Source: Chiloscyllium plagiosum
Lineage: Eukaryota
Length of the DNA: 64,000 nt
Direction: 5' to 3'
Assembly (NCBI RefSeq): GCF_004010195.1
Contig: NC_057749.1
Coordinates: 16,165,831-16,229,830, forward strand
Shown in pieces: positions 12,036-25,077 of this stretch. The notes below the pieces were generated by a model that was given only the letters and a program-made list of their open reading frames with translations, searched no databases and had not been told where the DNA came from. Both the position numbers and the translations under genes were made by a program. How positions within the stretch are numbered: the first letter of the stretch is position 1; the number at the start of each line of letters is the position of its first letter.

Positions 12036-12251
12036 GTAAGAATGGCCGAAACCAACTGCTCTCATCTTGGGGCGGGGGGGAGAGGAGTGTAACCGTTTGC
12101 AATGGAATGAATCAATTGATTATTCGAAACCATTTCAACAAGTTGCTGGCAAAATGCTTTCCTCTGGGTCGATGGTCGATTGCTGGAAAGGAATTTTTGG
12201 TCGTTGCCCTGGCGTTGCAAAACTGTATCTTTGCTAAATTCTTGAGGCGGG

Positions 12252-12265
12252 TGACCTCAAGGTCA
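12252..12265. promoter_or_regulatory. Candidate ERR/nuclear-receptor element (TGACCTCAAGGTCA)
   Basis: Perfect ERRE TCAAGGTCA (12257-12265) overlapping an everted AGGTCA half-site, in intron 1. Motif match only. Confidence 0.4.
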
Positions 12266-13369
12266 ATCAAATAATGCAGCAAACCAGCCAGCGCTACTTT
12301 CCTGTCCACACCCGCCCCCCTTCCACCCCCACCCCAGCCCTCCCTGATCGAGGCCCTGAGGTCTCACGTTTGGGGACCACCCAGCATCTCTAACTGGTTT
12401 CATCAGCGGCAACTTTCTGAGCTGCTAATAGACCGCGGTTCGGTGTCGGCTGGAATCAGCCATGTTTAACCACCTTCCAATTCTTATCCGAGAATCTATC
12501 TGTCAGAGTGTTAACTACAACACGCCAACCCCAGATCCAAACAGAAAAACACTCTGAACATTGGCCATTGCTGACTTCTGAATTAAAGCTTTTCTTTAAA
12601 ACAAATCATGGCGTGGATTTAGCCCACCGGATCTTTCTTTATTTAGTGGGTGCTGACTGTTTGCCGTTGGGAGGACTGTCCCAATGCTCTGCCTTAACAT
12701 CTCATGATTGACGTTGTTCGGAGACCTCCCGTGGTTCGGACAGAGCTAGGGACAGAAGTGCAGCACACCGAGCTGCCACGGGCATCAGTAAATAGGTTCT
12801 GCAATGCCAGAAAGGAGGGCTGAAATTTTACATACTGGAAATCCAATTGTAACATTTGGGTGTCAGAAAGAGCATCAAATAGAAACTTCAGTGAGTTTAG
12901 ACTAAAATGTCGATAATTAACCTTCTGGCCATCTGTTTCCTTACAGATCAATTGGTTTAAATCTGACATACCAGCATTAACCTGGTATTAAACCTTGCAA
13001 TCTGGAGTAAGTCGTGGGTTAGATTACCTGCTATAAATATCAGTCAGATGTAGAAAATTGAGCAAGGTGCTATATTGTCCTGGGGTTTATTTAGGGTGTA
13101 AAACCATTCAGTATTGCGAATATTGCAATGTAATATTGGTTGGCATTTTTTGTAACTCATTTCTGATGATTCTCATGACTAATGAAACACCTACAGGTCT
13201 CTCATGATAATGATAATACAATCCATAAGCTTTTTTCAAAACAGAATTCACAGGATGCTGTCTGTAATTACACCTCACTTTTTTTTACAATACAAGTGAA
13301 AACTGTAAAGTTTCACAGCCTGTTTTTACATATTATCAAATCCAAAGTTCATTTTTAGAACTTCTCATG

Positions 13370-14635
13370 TAAGATGTCAGAAGAAATGTCATTTGAACTA
13401 TGCCTTGATTAGTGTGATATTGCAGAGTGTTGAAAGAAGTGGCCACAGAGATAATGTATTTCTGATAACCTTACAAACTTCTACCGAATCTGGAACAATT
13501 CCTGTAGCTAGCAATGTCCCCCCACTATTTAAGGAGGAAATGAGAGGCATAGATGAGTTGGATCTGTTTCCATGCAGTACAGCTCTATGACGACATGAGA
13601 GAGTAAACAGGGAGCCTTAGGTCAGAAGTAGGGAAGTTATTAGAATCTACTATAAAGAATGGGATAAATGGATAATAATTGTCTGGCTGAGTACAGTCGG
13701 CATGGGTTTGTGAATAAGAAATAAAGTTTGGTGTTCTTGAGTATTTTGAGGATTTTGCTCACAAAATTGACAGAAGGACGTTGGTGGAAGTAGTGCACTT
13801 GGATCTTCACAAGAGTTTTGCTAAGGTCCCCCACAGGAGGTTGGTTAGCAAAATGAAAGCCCCTGGGAGGGAGGTGATTTACTGACATGGATGAAGGATT
13901 GGCTAACAGACAGAAAACAGAATTGGGCTATTGTCACAATAGCAAGAAGTATCAGTACTTGGGTCCAAGCTGTTCCCAATTTATATCGATGATCTGAATA
14001 TGGGGACCAAATGTAATATTTCCAAATTTGTGGAAGATACAAAGGGGAATGTATGTTTTGGAAAAGATAAAGGCTTCAGGAGGATTTTAACAGCCTTAGT
14101 GAGCAGGCAAGAACAAGGCAGATAGAATATAATGTGGAAAATTGTGAGGCTATCCACTTTAGTAGAAAGAATGGATGTGCAAACTACTTCTTAAATGGTG
14201 AGAGGTTGGAGAATGTAGATATATAAAGGGACCGAGGTATCCTCTACTGAAGCTAACATGCAGGTGTAGGTTTAGCTGCTAGAAAGGATAATGAAAAATT
14301 AGCCTTTATTGCAATTTGGGTTGAGAACAGGAGTAGTGAAGTCTTGCTTTAATTGTACTTAAGCTTGGTTCGACTGCATCTAGAGTACTGTGTGTGCAAT
14401 TTTGATTTCCTTATCTTAGGAAAGATATTATTGCCACAGAGGGAATGCAACAAAGTTTCCCCAGACTTGTTCCCAGGATATTGGACTGGCCTGTTGAAGA
14501 GATATTAGGCAAACAGTGTCAGTATTCTCTAGAGTTTTGAACAATGAGAGGGAAAACCTACAAAATACTTTAAGGGATAAAAAGGATAGATGGGGGGTGA
14601 GTTTTTTTCCCTGTTGGAGAGTTTAGAACCAGAGA
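13370..14635 (+). mobile_element. Old, heavily decayed CR1 ORF2
   Basis: Recognisable NVPPLFK, HGF, LDL..FAKVPHRRL, ISKF..DTK and LEYC remnants. Confidence 0.75.
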
Positions 14636-14639
14636 GACT

Positions 14640-14965
14640 GCAAACATTTGCCCAAGGTCCTTAGATAACACCTTCCAACCCCATGACCTCTTCCATCTGA
14701 AGGCCAAGGGCAGCAGATACTTGGGAACACCAGTCCTGCAAGTTCATCTCCAAGACACTCACCATCCTGACTTAGAAAAATATCACTGTTCCTTCACTGT
14801 CACGGGGTCAAAGTCTTGGAAATGCACATTGTGGACCTTCCTACAACATGTGGATTGCAATGATTCAAAGAGACAGCTCACCATCTCCTTCTCAAGGGGC
14901 AGCCAGAGATGAGCAATAGATGCTGACCAACAAGATGCTCATGTCCCATGAGAGAGAAAAAAGCA
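14640..14965 (+). mobile_element. LINE 3' end (same family as 54700-57367)
   Basis: Shares caccttccaa..aagggcagcagatac.tgggaacacca..catcctgactt..aaatatc..cagctcacca.c.ccttctca with 57060-57360. Confidence 0.7.
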
Positions 14966-15714
14966 ACTGTTTTGCTATTTCCCATCCTACCTCCCTCATC
15001 TCCCTGTTCATAGAAAACTAACATTTCATCTGACTCCAACGCTCCTTATTTTGTCTCATCTTCTTCACTAAGGGGCTAAACTGAAAATCTTGCTAGTTTA
15101 TCTGGAAGTTACACATTTACAATTAAATTGAGCAAAGTCAAGTCACATTGAATAACATATTGATTTCTGGATGACCACCTGCCGATCTCAATAATTGACT
15201 TACCAACAAATAACATACTGTGACCCGTGACAATGTACTAAATGCTGAATGAAGCACACCATGCCTGAGTTAACTGAGGATTATTGACTGTACCTCCTGA
15301 GGAACTGCAGGGAGCCTGATTAAGACACAGATTGATGTCAAATGATCAATATACCTGCAGCAAAGTCTCAGGAGTTGGCCATTCAGCCCATCAAGCCTGA
15401 TCTGTCTGTTAATGCAACCACGGTTATTAAACATTTCAATGCCTTTTACCCAGACTATTCATACCCTTTACATCATTGGTAATCACAAATCTATGATCTC
15501 TAAACATTCTCAAAAACTGGGCTTCCACCACATCTGGTTATAGAGAATTCCAAACGTTCACAGCCTTCTGAGTCAAATAATTTATCTTAATCTCAGTCCT
15601 AAATGGCATTCCCCTAATTTGTAAATGGTGCCCTCTGGTTCCCCAACCAGGGGAAAAATCTCACCCCCATCTATCCTCTTTATCCTTTAGAGTATTTTGT
15701 AGGTCTCCCCTCTC

Positions 15715-18090
15715 ATTTAGATTTAGGATGCATAGGATGGGGAAGGAAACTGCAGGGGACGGACGCAATTGCAATGTGGAGCGTATTCAAGGAACAGCTA
15801 CTGCGTGTCCTTGATAAGTATGTAGCTGCCAGGCAGGGAGGAAGTGGTTGAGCAAGGGAGCCATGGTTTACTAAAGAAGTTAAATCTCTTGTCAAGAGGA
15901 AGAAGAAGGGTTATGTCAGGATGAGATGCAATGGCTCAGTTAGGGTGCTTGAGAGTTACAAGTTGGTCAGGAAAGACCTAAAGAGAGAGCTAAGAAGAGC
16001 CAGGAGACATGAGAAATCATTGGCAGGTAGGATCAAGGAAATCCCTAAGGATTTCTATAGGTATGTCAGGAATAAAAGAATGACTAGAGAATTATTATCA
16101 ATGATAGTAGTGGGAAGTTGTGCATGGAGTCCAAGGAGAAACGTTAAATGAATATTTTCCGTCAGTATTAATATTGGAAAAAGACAATGTTGTAGAGGAG
16201 AATACTGAGATACAGGCGACTAAACTAGATGGGATTGAGGTTCACAAGGAGGAGGTGTTAGCAATTCTGGGAAGTGTGAAAATAGTTAAGTCCTCTGGGC
16301 CAAATGGGATTTATCCTAGGATTATCTGGGAAGATAGGGAGGAGATTGCAGAGCCTTTGGCTTTGATCTTTATGTCATCATTGTCTACAGGAACAGTGCC
16401 AGAAGACTGGAGGACAGCAAATGTTGTCCCCTTGTTCAAAAAGGCAGTAGAGACAATCGTGGTAATTATAGACCAGTGAGCCTTACTTCAGTTGTGGTTA
16501 AAGTGTTGGAAAAGGTTATAAAAGATAGGATTTATAATCATCTAGAGAGGAATAAGTTGATTACTTGTCAACATGGTTTTGTGAAGGGTACATCGTGCCT
16601 CACAAACTTTATTGAGTTCTTTGAGATGGATGAGGGTAAAGCGGTTGATATGGTTCCCCACAGTAGGCTATTGCACAAAATATGGAGGCGTGGGATTAAG
16701 GGTGATTTATCGGATTGGATCAGAAATTGATTAGCTTAAAGAAGACTGAGGGTGGTAGTTGATGGGATATCCTGGAGTTCAGTTACTAGTGGTGCACTGC
16801 AATGATCTGTTTTGGGGCCACTGCTGTTTGTCATTTTTATAAGTGATCTAGATGAGAGCGTAGAAGGATGGGTTAGTAAATTTTTGGATGACACTAAGGT
16901 CGGTGGAGTTGTGGATAGTGCTAATGGATGTTGCAGGTTACAGAGGAACATAAATAAGCTGCAGAGATGGGCTGAGAGGTGGCAAATGGAGTTTAATGTG
17001 GAAAAGTGTGAGGTGATTCACTTTGGAAGGAGCAACAGGAATAAAGAGCACTGGGCTAATAGTAAGATTCTTGGTAGTGTAGATGAGCAGAGAGATCTCG
17101 GTGTCCATGTACATAGATCCCCGAAAATTGCCACCCAGGCTGACAGGGTTGTTAAAAAGGCATACAGTGTGTTCACTTTTATTGGTAGATTTTTTGATTT
17201 AGATTAGATTACATTACAGTGTGGAAACAGGCCCTTCAGCCCAACAAGTCCACACCGACCCACCGAAGTGCAACCCACCCATACCCCTACATTTACCCCT
17301 TACCTAACACTACGGGCTATTTAGCATGGCCAATTCACCTGACCTGCACATCTTTGGACTGAGGGAGGAAACCGGAGCACCCGGAGGCAACCCACGCAGA
17401 CACGGGGAGAACGTGCAAACTCCACACAGTCAGTCGCCTGAGGCGGGAATTGAACCCGGGTCTCAGGCGCTGTGAGGCAGCAGTGCTAACCACTGTGCCA
17501 CCGTGCCGCGTAGAGGGATTGAGTTTTGGAACCATGAGGTCATGCTGCAGCTGTACAAAACTCTGATGCAGCCACACTTGGAGTATTGCATAAAGTTCTG
17601 GTCACCATATTATAGGAAGGATGTGGAAGCTTTGGAAAGGGTGCAGTGGAGATTTACCAGGATGTTCCGTGGTATGGAGAGAAGGCTGAGGGACTTGAGG
17701 CTGTTTTCATTAGAGAGAAGAAGGTTGAGAGGTGACCTAATTGGGACATATAAGATAATCAGAGGGTTAGATAGGGTGGACATTGACAACCTTTTTCCTC
17801 AGATAGTGATGGCTAGCATAAGGGGACATAGCTTTAAATTGAGTGGTGATAGATATAGGACAGATGTCAGAGGTGGTTTCTTTACTCAGAGAGTAATAGG
17901 TGCATGGAACACACTGCCTGCAAGAGTAGGAGACTCGCCAACTTTAAGGGTATTTAAATGGTCATTGGATAAACACATGGATGAAAATGGAATATTGTAG
18001 AACAGATGGGGCTTCAGATTGGTTCCACAGGTCAGCGCAACATTGAGGGCGGAAGGGCCTGTACTCCACTGTAATATTCTATGTTCTATG
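15715..18090 (+). mobile_element. Long CR1 ORF2 remnant (RT domain) with 3' UTR, interrupted by an HE1 SINE
   Basis: GPNGIYPR, VPEDWRTANVVPLFKK, SLTSVV.KVLE, QHGFVKG.SCLTN, GPLLFVIFISDLD, FLDDTKV, PHLEYC; TATGTTCTATG tail. Confidence 0.93.
17190..17510 (-). mobile_element. HE1-type SINE nested in CR1
   Basis: Reverse complement of 5749-6045; (TTAGA)n tail at left; short GTAGA duplication splits the CR1 sequence ATTGGTAGA|GGGATTGAG. Confidence 0.9.
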
Positions 18091-18510
18091 TTTGCACTCC
18101 TGAATTGTGCCTTGTAGATGGTGGACAGGCTTTGGGGAGTCAGGATGTGAATTACTCAGTGTGATAGTCCTAGCCTCTTACTTGCTTTGTATTTATATGG
18201 TGAGTCCAGTTGAGTTTCTGGCCAATAGTAACCCCAAGATATTGATAGTGTGAGCTTCAGTGATGGTAACACCATTAAGTGTCAAGGGGTGGTGGCAAGA
18301 TTGTGTCTTGTTGGAGATGTCTGGCATTTGTGGTGCAAGTGTTGGTAAGGAGGACTTTACAGTGTCAACAGGGCTGTTTTTGTCCTTTTTCTGGTGCCTA
18401 GATCGATGCCAAGTAGTCTGCCGGGTTTCATTTCTTTGCTGAGACTTTGTAGTGATAGACACAAATGAATGGCTTGATCTGCCATCTCAGACAACAGTTA
18501 AGAGCCAACT
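18090..18510 (-). mobile_element. Old LINE fragment (54700-57367 family)
   Basis: Minus strand ISNK....HHPLTLNGVTITE..TINILG matches 55325-55420. Confidence 0.55.
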
Positions 18511-18804
18511 ATTAATTTCATTGCAGTGCAACCCCACAAAAGGTAAAAAGAGTGCAAGATACCTTATTTAAATTTTCTCGTGAAACATGTGAGTAAAGTC
18601 CAGAATGTGGGTGATAGCAGGACAGGCAAAACAGAGACAAGAAGTGTTGCAATAGCAATCTTGAAAGATGAAAGGAAAGAGAATGATTACCTGCCAAGAC
18701 ATAAACTATTTTTAGTGTTTAGTCCAAGATTTGAAAATGATCCAAATTCCAAATAATGTCAACAAGATTGAAATCTTGGACCAATTTTTGTTTTGGAATA
18801 AATA

Positions 18805-19160
18805 AGTCATAGAGTCACAGAGATGTACAACATGGAAACAGACTCTTCGATCCAACCCCATTCATGCTGACCCAGTTTCAACCCAATCTAGTCCCAGCTG
18901 CCAGCACCCGGCCCATATCCCTCCAAACCTTTCCTATTCATATACCCATCCAAATGCCTCTTAAATGTTGCAATTGTACCAGGCTCCACCACTTCCTCTG
19001 GCAGCTCATTCCAAACACGTACCACCCTCTGTGAAAAAGTAGGTCTCTTTTATATCTTTTCCCTCTCACCCTAAACCTATTCCCTCTAGTTCTGGACTCC
19101 CCAACCCCAGAGAAAAGACCTTGTCTGTTTATCCTATCCACACCCCTCATAATTTTGTAA
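18805..19160 (-). mobile_element. CR1 3' end
   Basis: Near-copy of 1605-1970; ORF MRGVDRINRQGLF..ESRTRG. Confidence 0.88.
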
Positions 19161-20491
19161 ACATAACATTACTAGAGGGAAACAAGGTGTTTCTTTAACA
19201 AATGGGAAAATATTTTCTGTCAGTTTCAAAGCAGAGGCGATGTCCAGCTTTGATACAACTGGACTTTAAAGTAAAATCTGAAAATAAAACAGGAGACAGT
19301 TTTTGGTTGGATTTGTGCAAACGAGAGCAATTGTATCTGCAAAGAATAAAGAGAAACAAAATCCTCCTTGTATTAAAATTGCAGAGAAAATGTGATGATT
19401 TAATGATTCAGCTACTGTACTTGTGAAGGAAATGAATGTTGTATGTACTGAACATATAATATGAAGGATGAAAAAGAGTTTAAGTCCTAATGTAAAAGAT
19501 AATACCTCTGACAGTACAGCATTCTCTCAGTACCGCTTTGGCAGTCTTGCCCTAGAATATGGTGCTTAAGTACTTGGAGTAGGGCTTAAATCCACCAGCT
19601 GTGACTCAGGCATGGTGCCAAACATAAATCTAATATCCACCTGTGACTGTACAGAAACCTAAGATTTAGACCAGTGAAACTTTCCACAGGCATTAGGTAA
19701 GTCCTCCAAATAAAATAGTGTTGGATATACTGATCAAGTACACTGGAAGTTAAATCAATATAGGAGGAAATATTTGGGGAATTAAAACATTCATTGTCAA
19801 TCCCATGCAATTTTTGATAAAACCACAAATGCCCATTGATCACCTTCACTAAATTATTAAAAACTAATTTGGTGTCACGAGGTACACAAAGCACTCTTCT
19901 CAAGCTAATGTAATTTTTAAAAAATAAGAACACTACCAGCTTTATTAATGCAACTGTGATATCAGCGTTTAGATACAGTTCTCACATTAGTATCAATACT
20001 TGCTGTATATCCTGCTTTCTGCTTATACAGTCTGTATTGAATGTCCATATGGTCTGTCTGCTCCGATTGTCTATGAGGAGAAATATCTCCTGTGGACATT
20101 GCTTTCGATATTATCATCCACCAACTTGACACTTGGTCTGTGTATGATCTGTCAGTTGAGATGGGATTGAGTTTAGATGTCACCTGTGAAATGTGATTTC
20201 ACCTGAACATACATCAACTGCCGGGGGTAATTCACTGCAGTTTTGCTCATAGGTTCATCTCTCCAAGCTGTCCTTAGTCAATAAGGCTTCATGACCTCAT
20301 TTCAGACACTTGTCAAAAACTATCTCTTTGACAATTTATTTCTGCTGATCCTAACAGCTCTTTCTTTAGCTCAATGTCTGCTCTTGTTCTGATTATGTTT
20401 CTCAAAGTTCCTTTTATTTTGCCACATTAAAGGCACTATATAAATTCAGTCAATATCGCAGGCATACACTCATTCTGCTTTATATTCTCAG

Positions 20492-20690
20492 CGCTGACTA
20501 CCCTGACCTTCGAAAGCACAACAACTGCATGTCATCTTGCCTGACCCCGGCCATCTATGCCAAACTTCGAGACAAGACTACACCCAGTGGCTGGACACTG
20601 GATCAGTCCATCCAGACCGGAGTGGACAATCCCGGGCACCCTTTCATAAAGACTGTGGGCATGGTTGCAGGGGATGAAGAATCCTATGAG
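20492..20690 (+). CDS. CKMT1: Mitochondrial creatine kinase, coding exon 2
   Basis: (S)[13 protein letters not shown]...[24 protein letters not shown]; tctcag| acceptor, |gtaagt donor; 199 nt. Confidence 0.97.
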
Positions 20691-21761
20691 GTAAGTAAGC
20701 CAGGGAATGATTATAGATACAGAGGAAACATGGAAGGGGCTCATTTATTACAAAATGCATTTATGGTCTGATGCAGGCGCTTGACTATCAGTGATGTCCT
20801 GATCTTACCTGTATATGCTCAGGGTTACAATAAGAAGCAGGTTAAGATAATCAGTTGAGCTTGTAATGTGGTTTATTTACACTTGCTAGAAGCAACTTAC
20901 ATTCGTATGCAGGGATCCAGTCTCTGAAGACAAAAGAAGTATCCTTAAGCCTTGCAATGTTTTTGAATTACCCAGTACCTTTGGAAAGCCTTTAGATCCC
21001 CAGTTGCCAAGGCTTCACCTGAAAAAAAGCATCCCAAATTTACTTCGCAACCAATCAGCACCCATTCCTCTTGTAGTATGAATTGTTGTGATCATCTGAA
21101 AATTTGAATTTCTTGCATTTGTCCCGCTGAGTGCAAAATGAAATGTTTCAGCAAAAACTCTCTTTTCTGCATTAATCTAGACTCTGAAAACCCAGACTTG
21201 TGCTCGACAAGCATGTCCACTTCTGTTGACTTGTTCTCTTTCACACTCCTCCTGACCTCAGCACATCCCTGAACCCTCATTTGGGAACATATGAATATTT
21301 AAATGGATCCCTTTTTTATGCTCCACACCAGCCACAATAGAAGGCATTTTGTCTCTTCTATGAGTTACTGGGGAGGGGGGTGTTGCTGGTGAGGGGTTGG
21401 AATGATCCACAGAACAGTAGCTCACAACCAATATGTATTGCATTTCTTTGGAATTGATAATTCAGTCACAACTAAGGGGTGAAGGGTCACAAAGGAGGCT
21501 TGAATCATTGGAATAAGAGCATTCTGTTATAACGCGCATTTTGCCAATGCAAATCGGCTATAACGCAATTGAAGAATTGTGAACACTGTTTCTTTAACGA
21601 TTTTCTATAGCAATCTTCTACAACACTTTTCATAGGATGATCTTCTATAGCGCAAGGTTGCAAGGGGACGTTACTGTGGCCTGATAGCAGAACGACCTTA
21701 TCAAAAGTGCCTGAATTATGAGCAGGCAAGTGAGATTCTGTGAAGTGGAGCACTGTGAAGT

Positions 21762-22104
21762 GGGCGGCACGGTGGCACAGTGGTTAGCACTGCTGCCTCA
21801 CAGCGCCAGAGAACCGGGTTCAATTCCCGCCTCAGGCGACCGACTGTGTGGAGTTTGCACATTCTCCCCGTGTCTGCGTGGGTTTCCTCCGGGTGCTCCG
21901 GTTTCCTCCCACACTCCAAAAATGTGCAGGTTAGGTGAATTGGCCACGCTAAATTGCCTGTAGTGTTAGGTGCAGGGGTAAATGTAGGGGAATGGGTCTG
22001 GGTGGGTTGCGCTTCGGCGGGTCGGTGTGGACTTGTTGGGCTGAAGGGCCTGTTTCCACACTGTAAGTAATCTAATCTGTAAGTAATCTAATCTAAAAAA
22101 AAAA
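21762..22104 (+). mobile_element. HE1-type SINE (young)
   Basis: Full head, core and tail; CpGs retained; duplicated ctgtaagtaatctaat tail plus A-run. Confidence 0.92.
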
Positions 22105-22659
22105 ATTATCTCAGACCTGCATCTTTCATAATATGAACTGAAAGCATATTAAAGCCAATAAAATGAGCAAATGATTAATCTAACCAGAGATTAAACAAAC
22201 AGAGGTTCCAATCTGTACTGTTTGCCAGCAGGATGATAGGTGCTTATTATCCAAGATGAAATATTAATATGTAATTTTCACATCAGCGTTGTAAATCAGT
22301 TACATCCTGAACTGGGTGTGTTACCAGTGATTCAGTATTTCAACAACTAGACTGTTTTAACTATTTGACATTGATTTCATTGCAGTTTCCACGGCTGGAT
22401 ATCAAAAACGAAATCACTCACATCACATGAATGTATTACCAGACTCTTCTAACAGAGACCAGACATATCACACAGTAGTTGTTACAAAGGTGAATAGGCT
22501 ACATCAGTAGTGGGGAGAGTTTAGATAAGAATGAGTTAGACATTGACATTTCACATTGGTACTGCGGGTCACATCCAACCCAGACTATTGACATCAATGA
22601 CAACTCTAATTACAAGGAGAAACCTGAATATGAAATGGGTGACAGTAATCTCAATGTTG

Positions 22660-23080
22660 AAGCATTTGATGGGTACAGTGTCGAAAGAACTCAACTCTAT
22701 CTAACACTATGTTGTACCAATCTTGTGAGTGTTTGTTGAGGAAACTGTACAGAGTGTCTTACGTTGTAACTAACCCTGTGCTACCTTTGCCTGAGAGTGT
22801 TTGATGGGGACAGTATAGAGCAAGCTTTACTCTGTATCTAACCCCATGCTGAACATGCCCTGGGAGTGTTTAATGGGGACAATGTAGGGGGGGGCTATAC
22901 TCTGTATCCAACACTGTGCTGTATCTGCCCTGGGAATGTTCAATTGGGACAGTGTAGAGTGAACCTTACTTTGTAGCTAACACAAGCTGAAACTGTCCTG
23001 GGAGTATTCGATGGGATAGAGTTGAGGCAGTTTTACTCTGTAATTGATTCCGTGCTATACCTGACCTGGAAATGTTGATG
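22660..23080 (+). repeat. Degenerate ~60-bp minisatellite
   Basis: Units of gggagtgtttgatggggacagtgtagagggagctttactctgtatctaac. Confidence 0.8.
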
Positions 23081-23256
23081 AAATTCTCTGCAGTTGTAAG
23101 GAAACATTTCTTTGTACCCATTCTGAAAACTCTTCTTAATGAGTTCATCACATTCTCTCAACAGTATCCCACTCCTTTAATGTGCTGTACTCTTTGATGC
23201 TGCTTGACCTTACCTTCAGGGAATACTACCTAATGATGTCTGTTCACATTATGCAG

Positions 23257-23352
23257 GTCTTTGCTGATATCTTTGACCCTGTGATTATGGAAAGACACAA
23301 TGGATATGATCCTAGGACCATGAAACACCCCACAGATCTGGATGCAAGCAAA
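23257..23352 (+). CDS. CKMT1: Mitochondrial creatine kinase, coding exon 3
   Basis: [32 protein letters not shown]; gcag| acceptor, |gtgagc donor; 96 nt. Confidence 0.97.
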
Positions 23353-23696
23353 GTGAGCAGCAAATATATACTAACATAAAATAGAGAAAAAAAACAAACT
23401 TGTTGAGCAATGGCTGAGGCTAAATATCTTTTAACATGGTAGAATGTTCCAAGGTGACGGGGGAGAGTGTACATGGGCTGGGGAACAGGGAGATTTAATG
23501 GATGGGTAGAGACAGTGGGGGAGAATGGGACGAGAATGTATGGAGGTGGGGGCTGCTGTGGGAGGGGATTAAATGTGGAAATAGAGGGAATTAAATGGGT
23601 GAACAGTGGAAATAAAAATCAGGTAAGGTTCACTATTGTCTCCTCTTCCTAGTTAAGCACAAACTATGAAGTTTCCTATCTTTGTTTCCTTTACAG

Positions 23697-23918
23697 ATTA
23701 GGAATGGACAGTTTGATGAAAACTATGTTCTTTCCTCACGTGTCAGGACTGGTCGAAGTATTCGAGGACTCAGCATGCCTCCTGCCTGCACTCGGGCTGA
23801 GAGGAGAGAGGTGGAGAGGGTGACTGTTGAGGCATTAGCTGGATTAAAGGGAGATCTAGCTGGAAAATACTACAGTCTGAGCAGTATGACAGATAAAGAG
23901 CAGCAACAGCTCATTGAT
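23697..23918 (+). CDS. CKMT1: Mitochondrial creatine kinase, coding exon 4
   Basis: [31 protein letters not shown]...EQQQLID; tacag| acceptor, |gtaaga donor; 222 nt. Confidence 0.97.
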
Positions 23919-24179
23919 GTAAGACAATGAACCACAATTCATCTTGGTTAGAAGGAACTGGCTGGTGCAGTGACTAGTGGCTTCCACACTAGCATTTCCA
24001 ATGTGTCCTGAATGTTTCTTATATCTGCAAGGATTCAATATTGTAAGATTTTGTTAAATATTCACCAAGCTCCTGGGACCCTGCAGTATCGCACTGTCCC
24101 TCATTCTATGCGAATTGACAATCACAATTAGAGTGTTTGGAGACTTACTCTCAGTCTGAGTTTGAGGGACATTGTTGGT

Positions 24180-24838
24180 TAGTACAGAGAGAGCTTTACT
24201 CTGTCAGCAAATCCATGCTGCCCCTGCCCCAGGAGTATTTGATGGGGGCATTGTAGAGGGAGCTTTACTCTATATCTAATCCATGTTACTCCTGTCCTGG
24301 GAGTATTTGTTGGGGACAGTGTAAAGGGAGTTTTACACTGCATCTAATGCCATGCTGTCCCTGTCCTGGGAGTGTTTGATGGGGATAGTTAGAGGGAGCT
24401 TTACTCTGTAACTAACACCGTGCAGCCCCTGTCCTGGGAGTGTTTGATGGAGACAGTGTAGAGGGAGCTTTCCTCTGTATCTAATACCCCATGCTATCCC
24501 TGTCCTGGGAGTGTTTGAAGGGGATAGTGTAGAGGGAGCTTTACTCTGTAGCTAATAGCATGTTGTCCCTTTCCTGGGAGTGTTTGATGGGGATAATGTA
24601 GAGGGAGCTTTACTCTGTATCTAACACCATGCTACCCCTATCCTGGGAGTGTTTGATGGGGACTGTGTAGAGGGAGCTTTACTCTGTATATAATGGCATG
24701 TTGTCCCTGTCCTGGGAGTGTTTGATGGGGGGAGTGTTTGATTGGGGGAGTGTTTGATGGGGATAGTGTAGAGGGATCTTTACTCTGTATCTAACGGTGT
24801 GCTGCCCCTGTCCTGGGAATGTTTGATGGGGGATAGTG
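24180..24838 (+). repeat. ~59-61-bp tandem minisatellite (~10 units)
   Basis: Repeated tgctgtccctgtcctgggagtgtttgatggggacagtgtagagggagctttactctgtatctaac. Confidence 0.93.
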
Positions 24839-24951
24839 AAAGTTAGAAACTCAAGTCCCAAATCACTTTGTGTCTCAGTGAACACAAGTGCAATCACTGA
24901 GCCCGAGTTGTCACTGGTTGCTGCCTGTGTGTTGCTCTGCTCGGTCCCTGA

Positions 24952-25077
<126 letters not shown>

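Larger units (their letters stand above)
11440..12460 (+). promoter_or_regulatory. CpG-rich region around the first coding exon of CKMT1 (probable promoter/CpG island)
   Basis: Visibly high CpG density against a CpG-poor background (not computed). Includes a (GCT)7 tract at ~11754-11775. Confidence 0.6.

Noticed and set aside
11658..12102. 144-aa and antisense 97-aa ORFs over CKMT1 exon 1
   Set aside because: Alternative frames of GC-rich sequence, no recognisable domain.
24180..24838. Regularly spaced repeats resembling a CRISPR array
   Set aside because: Head-to-tail units with no unique spacers, no cas genes, and a vertebrate intron context: a minisatellite.
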